A stretch of 64,000 nt of DNA from Octopus vulgaris (taxonomy: Eukaryota): contig OX597822.1 of assembly GCA_951406725.2 (NCBI GenBank), forward strand, positions 26,536,001-26,600,000, written 5' to 3'. Made by a program: the position numbers and the translations under genes. The notes under the pieces were generated by a model. That model saw nothing but the letters and a program-made list of their open reading frames with translations, searched no databases and had not been told where the DNA came from. Numbering within the stretch: the stretch's first letter is position 1; each line of letters opens with the position of its first letter. Positions 40,874 to 54,679 of the stretch are shown here, in pieces.

Positions 40874-41563
40874 TTAGATAGATAAATAGATTTTTGTACG
40901 CGTATGTATGCGTGTGTGAGGGTGGTTGTTTGTGTATGTGTGTGTGAGAGTAGGTGTTTGTGTATGCGTGTGTGTGTAACTGTGTGCATGCGTCTGTGGG
41001 TTGCTGTGTGTGTGTATGCATTTGAGTAGATGGTTGTGTGTATGCGTACGTGCGTGGGTGGTTGTGTATGTCTGAACGTAGGTGGCTGATTGTGTGAGTG
41101 TGTGTGAGAGTGGTTGAATGTGTTTATAAGCGGGTGACAGTGTATCCATGTGTTTGTGTTTGGGGGTGTTGCACTGGCGGCTGTGTGTGTGTATTTATGT
41201 ATACGTGGTCTGTGTGGTATAATATTTTTACATTAGTTTCGCAATTATGCACGTGGTTCCGGGTTCGATCCCATGACACAGTACATAAACAAGCTCCTGT
41301 TCCTCTATTGCTTCGAGTTCACCAATAGTACCTTGTGGATTGAATTTAGCAGACGGAAACTATGCTGAAGCATGTATGTTTGTGTCTCTCTGTATTCACG
41401 CTTACACCGATTTAACTCTCAGTATTGTTGTTTATGTCGTATCACTGTGTCTCGTAACTTAGCTGTTTTAAAAACTGAATTCGATAAGACAAGCAAGTTT
41501 GACTGTAACACGTAAAAGCGCTTCTCCAGTTTGACCACAGCCCAGTAATTTTTATACGAGTAG

Positions 41564-41608
<45 letters not shown>

Positions 41609-41636
41609 ACACACACACGCACACACACACACACAC

Positions 41637-41694
<58 letters not shown>

Positions 41695-41757
41695 GTGTGT
41701 GTGTGTGTGTGTGTATATATGTATATGTGTGTGTGTGTGTGTGTATGTATATATATA

Positions 41758-42780
41758 AATCCTTAAATCCTTAAAAATGTTTCAGCCCGAAAGCTGCAGT
41801 CATGCTGGGGCACCTCCGTTGATCGTGCTACACTAGTATGTGAAACCACCTCTGATACGTGGCACTTGGTCAACAAGGGAGTTCGACGCCGCTGCCCGCA
41901 TCTGTGTTTCCTGCCGAGAGGTAGGTTCATCTGGAACCTCTGACAAGAAGAGATCAAGTTTTGTTTTAAAGAAATCCACATCCAGACCATGCAGGTCTCT
42001 CAGGCATTTAGGAAGGATATTGAAGAACTGTGGTCCCCTGAAACCCAAGCTGTTGTAGTATCTGGTCCTGTATTTTGATGGTGATGTTGGGATCTTTGTC
42101 ACCATGCAGTGGCGCCCTGTTCTGCTGTTGCGGTAACTTTCAATGCCAAAATTTAGGATAAGGCCCTCCAGGATTTTCCAGATGTATATCACTGCATATC
42201 TTTCCTGCCTTCGCTCCAGGGAGAAGAGTTTTAATACTTTCAGTCTTTCCCAGTAGCTGATATGTTGCATTGAGACGATCTGCTTAGTGTAGCTTCCTTG
42301 GATTGCTTCAAGTTCTGCTGTTAACTTTATATTGTGTGGTGACCATAGTTGGGAGCAGTAGTCCAAGCGGCTGAGGATGAATGTTTTCCAAAGGACCATC
42401 AGTGTCTCCTTCTCTCTTGTTCTGAAAGTTTGGAGGATCTATCCAGCTAGCCGTCTGCATTTTATTACCAAATTGGCAATATGCACTTGAAAAGATGTAT
42501 CATTGCTCATGTCAGTGCCCCGGGCCAGTGTATCCGGTCTGCATGTCGTTCAGCTTTGTGTGCCAGTAGCACAGGGCTTGGAACTTCCCTGCATTAAACT
42601 GCATGTTGTTGTCCTCAGCTCACCTGTATATTGTATCCAACTCCCATTGCAGATGTGCAATATTTCCAGAGTTTTGTTTTGTCTGAGAGACTTTTGTGTC
42701 ATCTGTATAGCTAGCAAGGGTGGTCATCTTAGCAACTGAGGGCATGTCTGAAAGGGCCACTATGAACAGCAGTAGCCCTA
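41758..42780 (-). mobile_element. 5'-truncated CR1-clade LINE (RT C-terminus and 3' UTR)
   Basis: SYTDDTK, SRLDYCSQLWSP, SYWERLKVLKLFSLERR, FKTKLD; tail ends in (TTTAAGGA)2. Confidence 0.9.
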
Positions 42781-43073
42781 CTTGTTATTTGTGTTTCCTT
42801 GGAGGTGGCTCCATTGGCCACCACTGCCTGCCTTCTATATATATATATATATATAGTTATCTTTCAGAGAATGTATATCAAAGCTGAAAATTTTTTCAAC
42901 AATTTCCATTGTTTTTTTTTTATATTTCTTTATTTGTTTCAGCAGAATCGCTTATGTTTATTTTTTTGTGTGTATGTATAACACATACATACACAAATAT
43001 ACTTACATGCACATAAACCCATAGACATACACATAAATGCATAAACATAAGTGATTCCTTTCCTGAAAGATAA

Positions 43074-43108
<35 letters not shown>

Positions 43109-44491
43109 TAAACTCAACTCTCTCTTAGTACACAACTGAAACTCCAAGAAAATTTGCTAATTTGTGTTAAAGAATTATCATTAAAGAAAGTTTCTACTAT
43201 ATCTAAAATGCATCCTTGCTTTTCAGTGTAGAGTTACAGCATTTAAATAGATCTTTAGATTTAATAAAACTTATTCTTTTACTTAAATTATATTTCTGTT
43301 TCTTCCTGATTCTCTTATTTCTACTTTTAGCTGAATATAAATGATAAAACTGATGTATATATATATATATAGTTTTGCTCCAGTACACTCAGCTGTAGAA
43401 ATGTGTTGAAACGTCACTGGTACCAAGCTGTGTTGTTGGATAACATTGGCGACATGGAGAGGGGGAGGCTGATATGCATAGGTGACTTCTGGTCTTCCAT
43501 AAACAACCTTACCCAGACTTGTGCCTTGGAGGGTAACTTTCTTGGTGCAATCCCATAGTCTTTCACAGGTGCAATCCCATGGTCTTTCATGACCGAAGAG
43601 GGTCTTTTATCTCTATATATAAGGTTTTAAAGAGTTTTGCTTGGTGCTATAATAATTTAACCCTTTAGCAATCAGATTTCTTTGTCAAATGTATTGCTTA
43701 TTTATTTACATTATTTTGAATTAATCTTGCATTATCTCTTAGCTTTGAGATTTGAATGATGTGAATGTTATTTTTTGAATGACATTGTAGGTTAGGTGTG
43801 AGAGGCTGGATCTGGCCTGTTTGGACTTAAAATAAATAGCATATTTTGGCTGCTTAAGGCCAGTTTAAATTCTAAAGGGGTAAAAAGTGATGGTTTTGTT
43901 ATCTGGCAACCCTCCAATCCAGATAGGAGTGTTCTGTATATGTGGGGGTGCTGAAAAGACACTTGCTTTAAGGGGGTAGTAAAAAGCAGGTTGGAGGCCC
44001 AATCTTCTGAGTTCAGCGCTCATGATTTCTTCTCATGTCCTTTCACTTCTACAAGTACCTTGCACTTGGATCATTCAGCCCTTATTTACTAAACTCTTCT
44101 CCTTCATATGCATCATGTCTGAACAATTTTTCCTTTCCTCATTTCCTCCTAGCCATCACACCAGTGTATCCTCCAAGCTGTGTGTTTGTGTGTGCTCCTG
44201 TTTTACAGCTAATACATGAGCAACAAAACAAGTACACCCCTATTTTTCTAGATGAAGATACTGGGGCAGCTGTGTGGTAAGAAGCTTACTTTACAACCAC
44301 ATGGTGCTGAGTTCAGTTCACTGCATTGCACCTTGAGCAAGTGTCTTCTACTATAGCCTCGGATCAACCAAACATATATATATACATACACACTCATATA
44401 TAAATACACACATACATATGTGTTTGTGTGTGCGTCTGTATGTGTATATATGTGTTTGTACATATATATATATATATACACTCACACACAT

Positions 44492-44539
<48 letters not shown>

Positions 44540-44569
44540 TCATTATATATATATATATATATATAGGCA

Positions 44570-44932
44570 CACATCGAGCGTGATTGTTACCTGCGTTGCC
44601 TTATTGGCACTTGTGCTGGTGGCATGTGAAAAAGCATTTGAGCGAGGTCGTTGCCAGTGCTGCTGGACTGGCTCCTGTGCAGGTGGCACATAAAAAGCAG
44701 CATTTGAGCGTGACCGTTGCCAGTACCGCCTGACTGGCCCATGTGCCGGTGGCATGTAAAATCACCCACTACACTCACGGAGTGGTTGGCATTAGGAAGG
44801 GCATCCAGTTGTAGAAACTCTGCCAGATCAGATTGGAGTCTGGTGCAGCCATCTGGTTTGCCAGACCTCAGTCAAATCATCCAACCCATGCTAGCATGGA
44901 AAGTGGATGTTAAACGATGATGATGATGATGA
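44570..44932 (+). mobile_element. RTE-like LINE 3' UTR with internal tandem units and a (GAT)n tail
   Basis: GGAAGGGCATCCAG...CCAACCCATGCTAGCATGG...(GAT)n; related copies at ~49410, 53030, 53510, 57530, 57965, 59270 and 60715. Confidence 0.7.
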
Positions 44933-44984
44933 CACACATACATACACACACACATACATACATACATATATAATATATATATTA

Positions 44985-45930
44985 ATTTGGTGTCTCTTTA
45001 ATTTCTTTTTTCGAGTGTCTTCTTTTGCTCTAGTAGCAAGCACTTCAAGATAATACAGCAATGTCAGTCTTTGGGGATGACACCTCCTTATACTACATGA
45101 TTGGTTAAGCAGGCAACTAGCATGTAACCTACTTTACCTGAGATTTTTTACAGCGTCTTATAGCTGTCTTTGCCTGGTTAAGCTGCTTTTCCTGGCCTCA
45201 TGTCACTAATAGTGCTTTTGATCATATAGTACATAGTTGTCAGTTTCAATAACTGGTCTGTTCCTTGGGTCTACATGGAGTAGCCCCTCTCTCTCTTACA
45301 CCTCCCTAGTCAACAACACTATGTAATAACATTTCTATTTATTTTTCTTCTCCATATCAGTTAAAGCAAGTGCAATGCTGTCATTATGTATACACTTCTC
45401 ACCAGTGTCAGCTTAACCAACACCAACATACTTCTTTGCTGTTTAAAACAACCGTACATCTCAGATCCTTATGTCACACAATATTAGCAAATCTCTAGCT
45501 TGCAATTTCCCTATTTGCTAAGTATACCAGATATCCCACATCATGTTTAGCTATCCGATATTGTTCCTTGCCACCCATTTTCTTTCATTCGTTTCAGGCC
45601 AGTCTTTTAGCTTTTTAAGTACTGTTTACTATTCTGCCAACCTGTCACCTTCTGCCTGGCTGAATCATTGCTCCATCCATAGATCTGATGTGTGACTCAC
45701 ACTATTTTGTCTGTTAGAAACTCCCAACTGTTTTAAATGTTATAAGATCATGCCTACGCATCATTCTTGTCATACACACCACATAGTGCATCTTTGAACC
45801 TACATTTGGCCAGTGGTATTTCAGCATTGATATTTTCTTTTCCCAAATTCTCTTGTATTTCTGTCTTGAGTTGACACAACTATCAGTTTGTTCCATTTCC
45901 AGGTGAATATGACATCTTTCTTGCTCATTC
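44985..45930 (-). mobile_element. Decayed RTE-clade LINE ORF fragment
   Basis: Remnants resembling MRPGKA..., GVIPKD(W) and the NYRGIKL region at the RT start; heavily mutated. Confidence 0.55.
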
Positions 45931-47494
45931 AACCTGATTAGTAGACAAATAAATGGCTTACAACATAGGCACCTGAGATGCCAAGTGATGCTGTGAAACT
46001 AGGTGATGAATTGTAGGCCATAGTGGGATTTGAACTTAGAATGCAAAGAACTGGAACAAATACCACAAAACAAATCGTCTCATGATCTTCCAGTTCCCCT
46101 ATTTTACTCACCTAGATTGCTATTTTTTTTATTGATCTCAGAAGGATGAAAAGGAAAGTTAACCTCAACAGGATTTGAACTCAGAACACAGTGAGAACAA
46201 ATACCAGGTAGCATTGTACCTGATTCCCTAACAATTCTGCCAAATTGTTACAAAGATAGGAGGAGGGCATAGAGAGAAACTTAACATGATAGGTGAGAGA
46301 CACCTATATCTAAACAGTATACGTCCCAGCCTTCTTCACAACCATCATTTTTATGTCAGTTTTGCTATGCTTCCATGGATGGTATGGGTTTTCTCCAGTA
46401 GAGCATGTTGCCATTCATTGCTGTCCTTTGTGCTTTTCTTCATAAGGTTCAGCTTCTTGAGAACAGTCTTCAACAGTTTGTTCCATGTCTTTCTAATTCT
46501 CCCACTTCTACATTTTCCCCTCTGCTTCAAGTGCTCAGCAATTCTTTATGCAATTCATATCTGCTATGTGTATCACATAACTGTGCAGTCCTCTCTCTAT
46601 TGCACATTATATTTGGTTCCAAATTTATCCAGCTTTTCTCTTGCCTCATTAGTGCTCTGTCATTCATGTTCATTAATATCGCATACCCAGCAGTTCATGT
46701 TTACCTCATTTCTTTTCAGTCATCACATACCCTCCTTGTTCAAAGCTCATATCTTGCTATCTATCATGCAACATTGCATTTTGTACACAAGCATCTTATA
46801 CTTTTTCCTTTACAATGCAAAGTACTTTGTTGCTAGCAGTTCTCTGAACTTTTACCACCTTGTTGTTACTATGGCTACCATGATTCCTTTGCTCGTTAGA
46901 TTGTCTAGGGAACAAAAGCAATTAATTACATTTTGGTAACTTTCCTGGTATTTTAATGAGTATATTTTACATGCACTCTTAGCACTGACTGAATTCAAAT
47001 AAAGTATTCCCCAAAAGGGCTTTAATACATTCCCAGAGTAAATAGAACATAGAAGGAAATACTGCTAAAATCGTGAAGCATGTTATGTAATAACAGGCTA
47101 ATCAGATATGAGATAATAATTCAAAGTAAATGACTCTGAAAAGGGCTTTTGTGCATTCCCAAAGAATATTACCCTCAGGGGTGCTAGTGTTGGTATATTC
47201 ACGAATAAGTGGATCTATTGTTTAGGAAAAAAATACTATTTACTTATTTAAGGGTTGTACTGAATAAATTGCGAAAATAACTCCAACAGTTCAAATACTA
47301 AGAAATAAGCATACTCAATTTCATTTTTACTAAATAATTTAGGAAAATGAATGGGTTATTTCCCTTGGTTATATATAAGGATCCCTTCCAGTGACGAATG
47401 GTTGGTTTTTAGAACTAAATATATTAGATATATATAAGGATCCCTTTTCAACAATCTGAGTATGCCATGAGGTTTCCAGATATGAGTTCTATTC

Positions 47495-47884
47495 ACATGT
47501 GGTGTGGTATGGTGGTGTGTGGTGTGGTGGTGTTGGGGTGTGAGGGAGGTAAGAGTGGGGGAAGTAAGGGTGAGGTGTAAGCGATGGGGTGGGATGGGAT
47601 GTATAGGGATGGTGGGGTAACGAGGGAGGTGGTGACGATAAAGGGAGAAGGTGGAAGGGAGAAAGTGGGTAGGAGTGAAGAGGGGAAGTAGGTGTCAGAG
47701 CAAGAGAGGAGAGGTGGATGGGAGGAAGTAGGTGTAAGAGGAAGAGAGGAGAGAGAAGGAGGGTTAGATGGAGAGGGGAGGAGATTTGAGCCCATGTGGT
47801 GCAAAAGTGTGAAGAGAGAAGATCAATCCCTGTTCATGGTGAAGATGGGAGTCCAGATAGCCCCTGTGCAAGGACAATCTCAAC
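47495..47884 (-). mobile_element. Possible Penelope-like GIY-YIG ORF C-terminus plus pyrimidine-rich 3' UTR
   Basis: Minus strand [31 protein letters not shown] resembles the PLE C-terminal R..EQ..IF.L.T..P.GLN motif. Confidence 0.5.
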
Positions 47885-47945
47885 ATATACATGCACATAT
47901 ATAATTATAAATTTACATCTCTTTATATATGTTATGTATGTGTAT

Positions 47946-48041
<96 letters not shown>

Positions 48042-48126
48042 TTCGAGACAAAACCACTATTTTGCAAAACAAACAAGGAAAGACTTAATCAATACATAAA
48101 AATTTTAATATAAAATAAATAAACCG

Positions 48127-48170
48127 CCACTACAATCGTTTCATGTCTTCAAATGACATTCGTCAGGTGG
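48127..48170 (-). ncRNA. Minimal hammerhead ribozyme motif (mirror copy)
   Basis: Exact reverse complement of 48341-48384. Confidence 0.88.
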
Positions 48171-48340
48171 ATTTCCGATCTTCTAATCAGTTTTAATTTA
48201 TTAATTAGCATTGCACAAAAAAATAATAATGACCTGTATATATCAAATTACATACAGGCATATATATATATATACATACATACATACTTGTGTGTGTGTG
48301 TTTGTTTTTGCTAATTAAAACTGATTAGAAGATCGTAAAT

Positions 48341-48384
48341 CCACCTGACGAATGTCATTTGAAGACATGAAACGATTGTAGTGG
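48341..48384 (+). ncRNA. Minimal type-I hammerhead ribozyme motif
   Basis: CCAC-CTGACGA-ATGTC-ATTTGAA-GACAT-GAAAC-GATT-GTA-GTGG; all three stems are Watson-Crick. Confidence 0.88.
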
Positions 48385-48562
48385 CGGTTTATTTATTTTA
48401 TATTAAAATTTTTATGTATTGATTAAGTCTTTCCTTGTTTGTTTTGCAAAATAGTGGTTTTGTCTCAAATTAATATTATATAATATTTTACTATAAAATT
48501 GGATTTAATCCTAAATCTGATTTTTTTCCCTGTAAATTTGGATTTATTCCCTAATATTTATT

Positions 48563-48604
<42 letters not shown>

Positions 48605-49660
48605 AAAACAAACACACACACACACAAGTATGTATGTATGTATATATATATATATATATATGCCTGTATGTAATTTGATGTATACAGGTCATTATTATTT
48701 TTTTGTGCAATGCTAAATTTATATCACAATAGGTCCTCTAAATGTGTTTAGATTAATCTATGGAGAGCAGAAGTGAAAGACGACTTAACATTTTAAAATA
48801 GATTTATTCTCAAATGGTTAATTTTTATCTTGTCTTCTGTCATTGCATACACAGCTTAGATGTGATTCCAGAGTTCTTGAAATGTATCTTGCAGCTGCTT
48901 TTCAATTCTAACTTGAATTATATTAATTATTGTTGCATGCACATCTTCTATAGTTTAGTTGAATACGCGGTAGTCGTTAAATGTCCACCTAAAGTAAAGG
49001 TGAAGCTACTTTTAAATATAATATTTGAATTTTATTATTGCACATTGATTTTATAAAATGATCCTATATATGTATAGATATATCCATGTGTCTGGGTATC
49101 TGTATATCCATGGATATCTTCTATCATTACCGGTTTCATTCATGTAACTGCAGCTATGCTGGGGCACCACCTTGCCTAGTCAAACCCTTCAATTTTTTTA
49201 AAACCTAGTTCTTATTCTATCAATCCCTTTTACTAAACTGCTAGGTTACAGGTAAATCTACTCAAAAGGTTTTGGTTGGCTGAGGCTATAGAAGAAGAGA
49301 CTTTCCCAAGGTTCCACACAGTGGGACTGAACCCAGAATCATGTGGTTGGGAAGTGAGGTTCTTACCACACTGTGACACCTGTGCCTATATGCATGCATA
49401 TGGTTATAATCATCATCATCGTCTTCATCAACATTTAGTGTCTGTTTTCCATACTCTCATGGGTTGGGCAGCTTGGCAGGAATTGGCAAGGCAAGGACCT
49501 TCACTGGGTTCCATAGCCTCTTTTGGCTCAGTTTCTACAGCTGGATGCCCTTCCTAATGACAGCCACTTAACAGAGTGTGCTTTTTATGTGGCACCATCA
49601 CGAGTGCCTTTTATGTGGCACCAGCACCAGTACTTTTTATATAGCATGACCACCACACCT

Positions 49661-49890
49661 ATTTCTTTATTACCCACAAGGGGCTAAACATAGAGGGGAC
49701 AAACAAGGACAGACATAGGTATTAAGTCGATTACATCGACCCCAGTACGTAACTGGTACTTAATTTATCGACCCCGAAAGGATGAAAAGTAAAGTCGACC
49801 TCGGCGGAATTTGAACTCACAACATAACGGCAGACGAAATACTGCTAAGCATCTCGCTTGACGTGCTAACGTTTCTGCCAGCTCTCCACC
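49661..49890 (-). mobile_element. Group A SINE, Tx1-tail subtype
   Basis: Homology to 783-1015. Confidence 0.88.
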
Positions 49891-50451
49891 AGTGTTCTTT
49901 ACATGGTACCTTGGTTTCTGCATATCAATTCTGTTGTAGTGGGTGGGTCTTCTTGAATACAGTAATGTGTTGCATATCTTGGTCACAGATATACATTTAA
50001 ATGCATGTACATTTATATGCATAGACAGCTGTATATGTGTGCATGTATATGCAAAAATATTTATACATGTATATGCATGTAAACGTGTATTTATTTTCAT
50101 GTGTATAAAGTCATCATCAGCACATCTATATTTACATGCTTGTATGGGTTAGGGTAGTATGCATTGAGACAGATTTTCTGTAGTTAGATGCTCTTTGTAT
50201 CACCAACCTTCATCCGTTTTCAAGCTGAATAATATTTACCCATGACTTGGCATGTTTCCACAGCAGATTAGAATTGAATCAGACCGCATGTATGATGGTG
50301 GTGTTTATTTACAACTATTATATGATGTCAAGACAGAGAGATAGATACAAATACAAACTCACACATACACACAGATATACAGTCACACACATAGACATGT
50401 GTATATATATATATATATATACACACATATAATATATACATGTATATATAT

Positions 50452-50633
50452 TCTTTTATTTGTTTCATTTGACTGTGGCTATGCTGGAGTACTGCCTCTA
50501 GTCGACCCCAGAGCTTATTCTTTGTAAGCCTGTTTTTATTCTATTGGCCTCATTTGCCGAACCGCTAAGTTACGGGGATGTAAATGCACCAACATCAGTT
50601 GTCAAGTGATGGTGGGGGAACAAACACAGATGC

Positions 50634-50686
<53 letters not shown>

Positions 50687-50826
50687 CACATGAAAGGGTT
50701 CTTTTAGTTTCCGTCTATCAAATCCACTCACAAGTCTTTGGTCAGCCCAAGGTGCCACACAGTGGGATTGAATCTGGAACCATATGTGGTTGCAAAGCAA
50801 GCTTCTTACCACATAGCCATTCCTGC
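50452..50826 (-). mobile_element. Group B SINE, CpG-decayed
   Basis: Homology to group B. Confidence 0.8.
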
Positions 50827-50827
50827 A

Positions 50828-50873
<46 letters not shown>

Positions 50874-51930
50874 TTTAAATGCTAGCTTTTATAAGTTTCA
50901 TTCCTCTGAAAATACAATGGTCGACAAGCTTTTATATAGTGTACCATGTATTTTTCAGAGGTGGTGCTCCAGCTTGGCCACAGTCAAATGACTGAAACAA
51001 ATAAAAGAATATATATACATGTAATTTTTCACATTTAAATCCTAGAACAGCACCCTATAACCCTATTTGTGTGGGTGGGTGGGTGCTCAATACTTCAATG
51101 AATGAATTTCACATGTTCCACTTTTTTTTTTAACTTTGCTCTCAGAAACGTTATCAGAATATAGCTTACTTATGTATTTTTTCTCTCTTTATACAGATAA
51201 TATATTTTCATTAGTGAAAGTAATATACACTTATTTAAAATACAATAGTACTACACCATCTCTCCATATTCAGAAGAATATTTTTAATGAAATTATATTT
51301 AATTTGAAAAAAAAAAAAATAAAATAATGCACACTTTATATAATTCAATTAAAAATGTGTACAGTTTCTTTAGTTTATGTAACAGGTAAAGAGAAATATG
51401 TAACAGTATCATGTAAATAGTTATTCTACTGGTTATGTTACATTTTTATTTTTATAAAAAATAGTCTGAAAGAATCTCTAATTGTTGCTTCAAGCTACAA
51501 TTTGAAATGTAACCTTCATGCATTTTCAAAATCTGGCTTGTTTTCTAAAAGTTGCTCTAAATTAATTTCACTTAAGTGTTTTGCTTTTAGATAAGATCTT
51601 TGTTGTTTATACCCATTCTACAGTACAGATACCTCTTTTTCATTGCCTGAACTGTGAATTCCTTACTGTCTTCATAGATGACTTTTGAAGTTACTAGCTT
51701 GCAATAAATTCTGGATATCATCTGATCCTTTTCTTGAAATCTCACTTCTTTGTACAACATTATGCAAAATGCTTTGGTGAGTAGGGTTGGACATGCATTT
51801 TACTCTGGAGTTTCTTAAGGTTATTTAGGTGAGGGGCTCATTATTAGCTTATAATAAATTCAGAATATCATCTGATCAACCTTTTCAAATCTCATTTCCT
51901 GTGCTATTTTTGCTAGGGTATTGTTGATTA

Positions 51931-52316
51931 GTGGAGGCGCAATGGCCCAGTGGTTAGGGCAGCGGACTCGCGGTCGTAGGATCGCGGTTTCGATTCCCAA
52001 ACTGGGCGTTGTGAGTGTTTATTGAGCGAAAACACCTAAAGGTCCACGAGGCTCCGGCAGGGGATGGTGGTGATCCCTGCTGTACTCTTTCACCACAACT
52101 TTCTCTCACTCTTACTTCCTGTTTCTGTTGTACCTGTATTTCAAAGGGCCGGCCTTGTCACTCTCTGTGTCACGCTGAATATCCCCGAGAATTACGTTAA
52201 GGGTACACGTGTCTGTGGAGTGCTCAGCCACTTACACGTTAATTTCACGAGCAGGCTGTTCCGTTGATTCGGATCAACCGGAACCCTCGTCGTCGTAACC
52301 GATGGAGTGCTTCCAT
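51931..52316 (+). mobile_element. Group C SINE, full length
   Basis: 11-bp TSD ATTGTTGATTA; A-box TGGCCCAGTGG and B-box GGTTTCGATTCC. Confidence 0.93.
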
Positions 52317-54205
52317 AATTGTTGATTAAAGCAGTGAAATGGCAGAATAGTTAGCATGTCAGACAAAATGCACAGTGGCATTTCTTTTGGTTCTTTACAT
52401 TCTGAGTTCAAATCTTGCTAAGGTCAACTTTTCCTTTCACTCCTTCAGTGTTGATAAAATAAAGTACCAGTCAAGTACTGGGGCTGATTGATATGATTGT
52501 CTTAAACACTGCAATGAACAGGTATCTTGTTCAAGGGATTCTGTGATCTCTGCCATTTATATGCTATAGAAAATGGGTTGCCTGCTTTATGAGTCTGAAG
52601 AAAAAAATATGGTGTTAACAAACCTTTGGATATGGTTGCTAGGTGATTGAACATATAGTGGAGTCTTAGCAACTAGGTTCAAGAAAAAGCAAGGTCAGAG
52701 CTGAAGGCTTGAAAAAACAAAATGTTGATTTAGATACTTTCATCTATTCTATGATCTTCCTTAACTGCATTCACAGTGTTTGCCAAACCCCAGTGAAACA
52801 AATATGTTTAAGTTTTTCCAAGACATCTTTAATGCTTTCTCTTAACCTCATAAATATTAAAAAATTCTTTGTTGGATTGATGTTTGTCACCAGTCAGTTG
52901 CAATCATTTGATTTAAAGATCTCTTAAGATAACATGCCTTGAAAACAGAAATAACTCCTGTGATCCTATGCTGATGTAGTGAAGCTGTGTTTGATATAAT
53001 AAAAATAAACTTCAGTAGTTATGCATTATAACATCGTTTAAGGTCTGTTTTCTGCGCTAGCACGGGTTGGACGGTTCAACCGGGGTCTGGGAAGCCAGGA
53101 GGCTGCACCAGGCTCCAGTCTGATCTGGCAGTGTTTCTACAGCTGGATGCCCTTCCTAACACCAACCACTCCGTTAGTGTAGTGGGTGCTTTTTACGTGC
53201 CACTGGCACAGGTGCCAGGGGAGTCTGGCAGTGGCCACGATCGGTTGGTACTTTTAACGTGCCACCAGCACGGAAGCCAGTCAAGGTGGCGCTGGCTTCG
53301 GCCACACACACACACACATATATATATATATTTTGTGTGTGTGTGAATCAAGATTTGAAGGAGCACCTGGACGAATACTTTATTTTATTGACTTTCAAAC
53401 AATCAGAGTGAAAGTTGACCTTAGTGCAGAAAGCTGGAATAATATTGCACTCTACACTCTAATTATTTATAATTACAGTTTATAATTATTTGTAATTACA
53501 TCATTATTATCTTTATCTATCAACCGTTTTCTATGCTGGCATGGATTGGACAGTTTGACAATCTCCATTGTCTACTTTGGTATGGTTTCTTCTTAATGCC
53601 AACCACTTTCCAGTGTGTACTGGGTGCTTTTTATGTGACAGCAGCACTGGTGCTTTTTACATGGCACCAGCACCAGTGGGGTCACCAAGTAACTTGCAAG
53701 AGAAAGACCCCTTGGCTGGGAGAGGAAGTGGAACTAAAGAAGGTGACTTTGTGCTGGTTGGGAAGTTAAAGTATAATAGAGGGATAAAGATAGAAATCTT
53801 GCTATAGAGGAGATTCTTGGCTACTCCAGTTGGAAAAGAAAGGAGAAGGTGAGGTAGAGTTAGAGGAAAAGATAGATAAACAGAAAGAGAGAGAGGGAGA
53901 AATAGATGGTGTTGGACATGCATCAAGACATACCTACAAGGTACAGCGGTGGGAATATATGTGGTACAAAGGGGATAGAGGGAGTTGTAAGGGGGATATG
54001 ATTAGAGATCGGAAAGAATTGACGGTAGCAAGTGATAGTAAGAGAAATTGGAATGGGTGGATGGGGGTATGAAGGATATGTGAAGACATGGAGAGTGCGT
54101 AGGTGGGCAAATGAGTGAGTGGAGGGGTTTACTATGAGTGGTGATCATGGATGGTGAGAGGCGTCATAGACTGGAGGAAAGACTTGACAGAATAAACAGA
54201 GAGTT

Positions 54206-54237
<32 letters not shown>

Positions 54238-54269
54238 AGGGTGCCATGGTCATAAAGAACATGCCTGTA

Positions 54270-54610
54270 TGTAAGCCTATGATTTCACTTAGCTTGATGT
54301 GTCTTCTCAAGAACAGCAAATTGCCAGAAGTTACAGTCCCTTGTCATATTCTCTGTGAGGCTCAACATCTGAAGATCATTTCCCACCACTTTGTCCCACA
54401 TCTTCCTGGGTCTATCTTTTCCACAGATTTCCTCCACAATTGAAGATTAGCACTTTTTTATGTAGCTATCCTCATCCATACACATCATATGTCCATATCA
54501 GCACAGACTTCTTATACCCAATTTTTCTCTCGAAACACTTAACACATTCTCTCATACATGCATGCTGACATTGCACATCTAGCAGAGCATGTTGACTTCA
54601 TTTCTTACAA
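54270..54610 (-). mobile_element. RTE-clade LINE ORF C-terminal fragment
   Basis: YGHMMCMDEDSYIKK..GKDRPRKMWDKVV..DLQMLSL..TRD..WQFAVLEKT. Confidence 0.72.
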
Positions 54611-54679
54611 TATATAATTAGCCCTAGGATCTAATTTCATTTCTTGCAATAATGATTTGCCATGGGACCTAATAACCTA

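Larger units (their letters stand above)
48034..48566. mobile_element. Inverted-repeat hammerhead-bearing element (family 5) in (TA)n
   Basis: 48034-48198 is the reverse complement of ~48313-48480; (TA)n lies on both sides. Confidence 0.8.

Noticed and set aside
44595-44765. Spaced direct repeats resembling a CRISPR array
   Set aside because: Degenerate tandem units in a LINE 3' UTR in eukaryotic DNA; no unique spacers or cas genes.
46900-46927. CTAG|GG AAC as ACER3 exon 2
   Set aside because: Reads W-N-K-S-N then a stop, has a weak polypyrimidine tract, and lies in decayed repeat sequence.
46286-46939. 217-aa hydrophobic ORF
   Set aside because: Appears to be the antisense of a decayed RTE-like 3' region; no recognisable domain.
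47131-47152. Histone 3' stem-loop-like AAAAGCCCTTTTCAGAGTC on the minus strand
   Set aside because: Stem is mismatched and there is no histone ORF nearby.
51931-52010. tRNA-Arg(TCG)-like sequence
   Set aside because: It is a SINE head: no proper acceptor stem, it continues into the SINE body, and it is flanked by a TSD.
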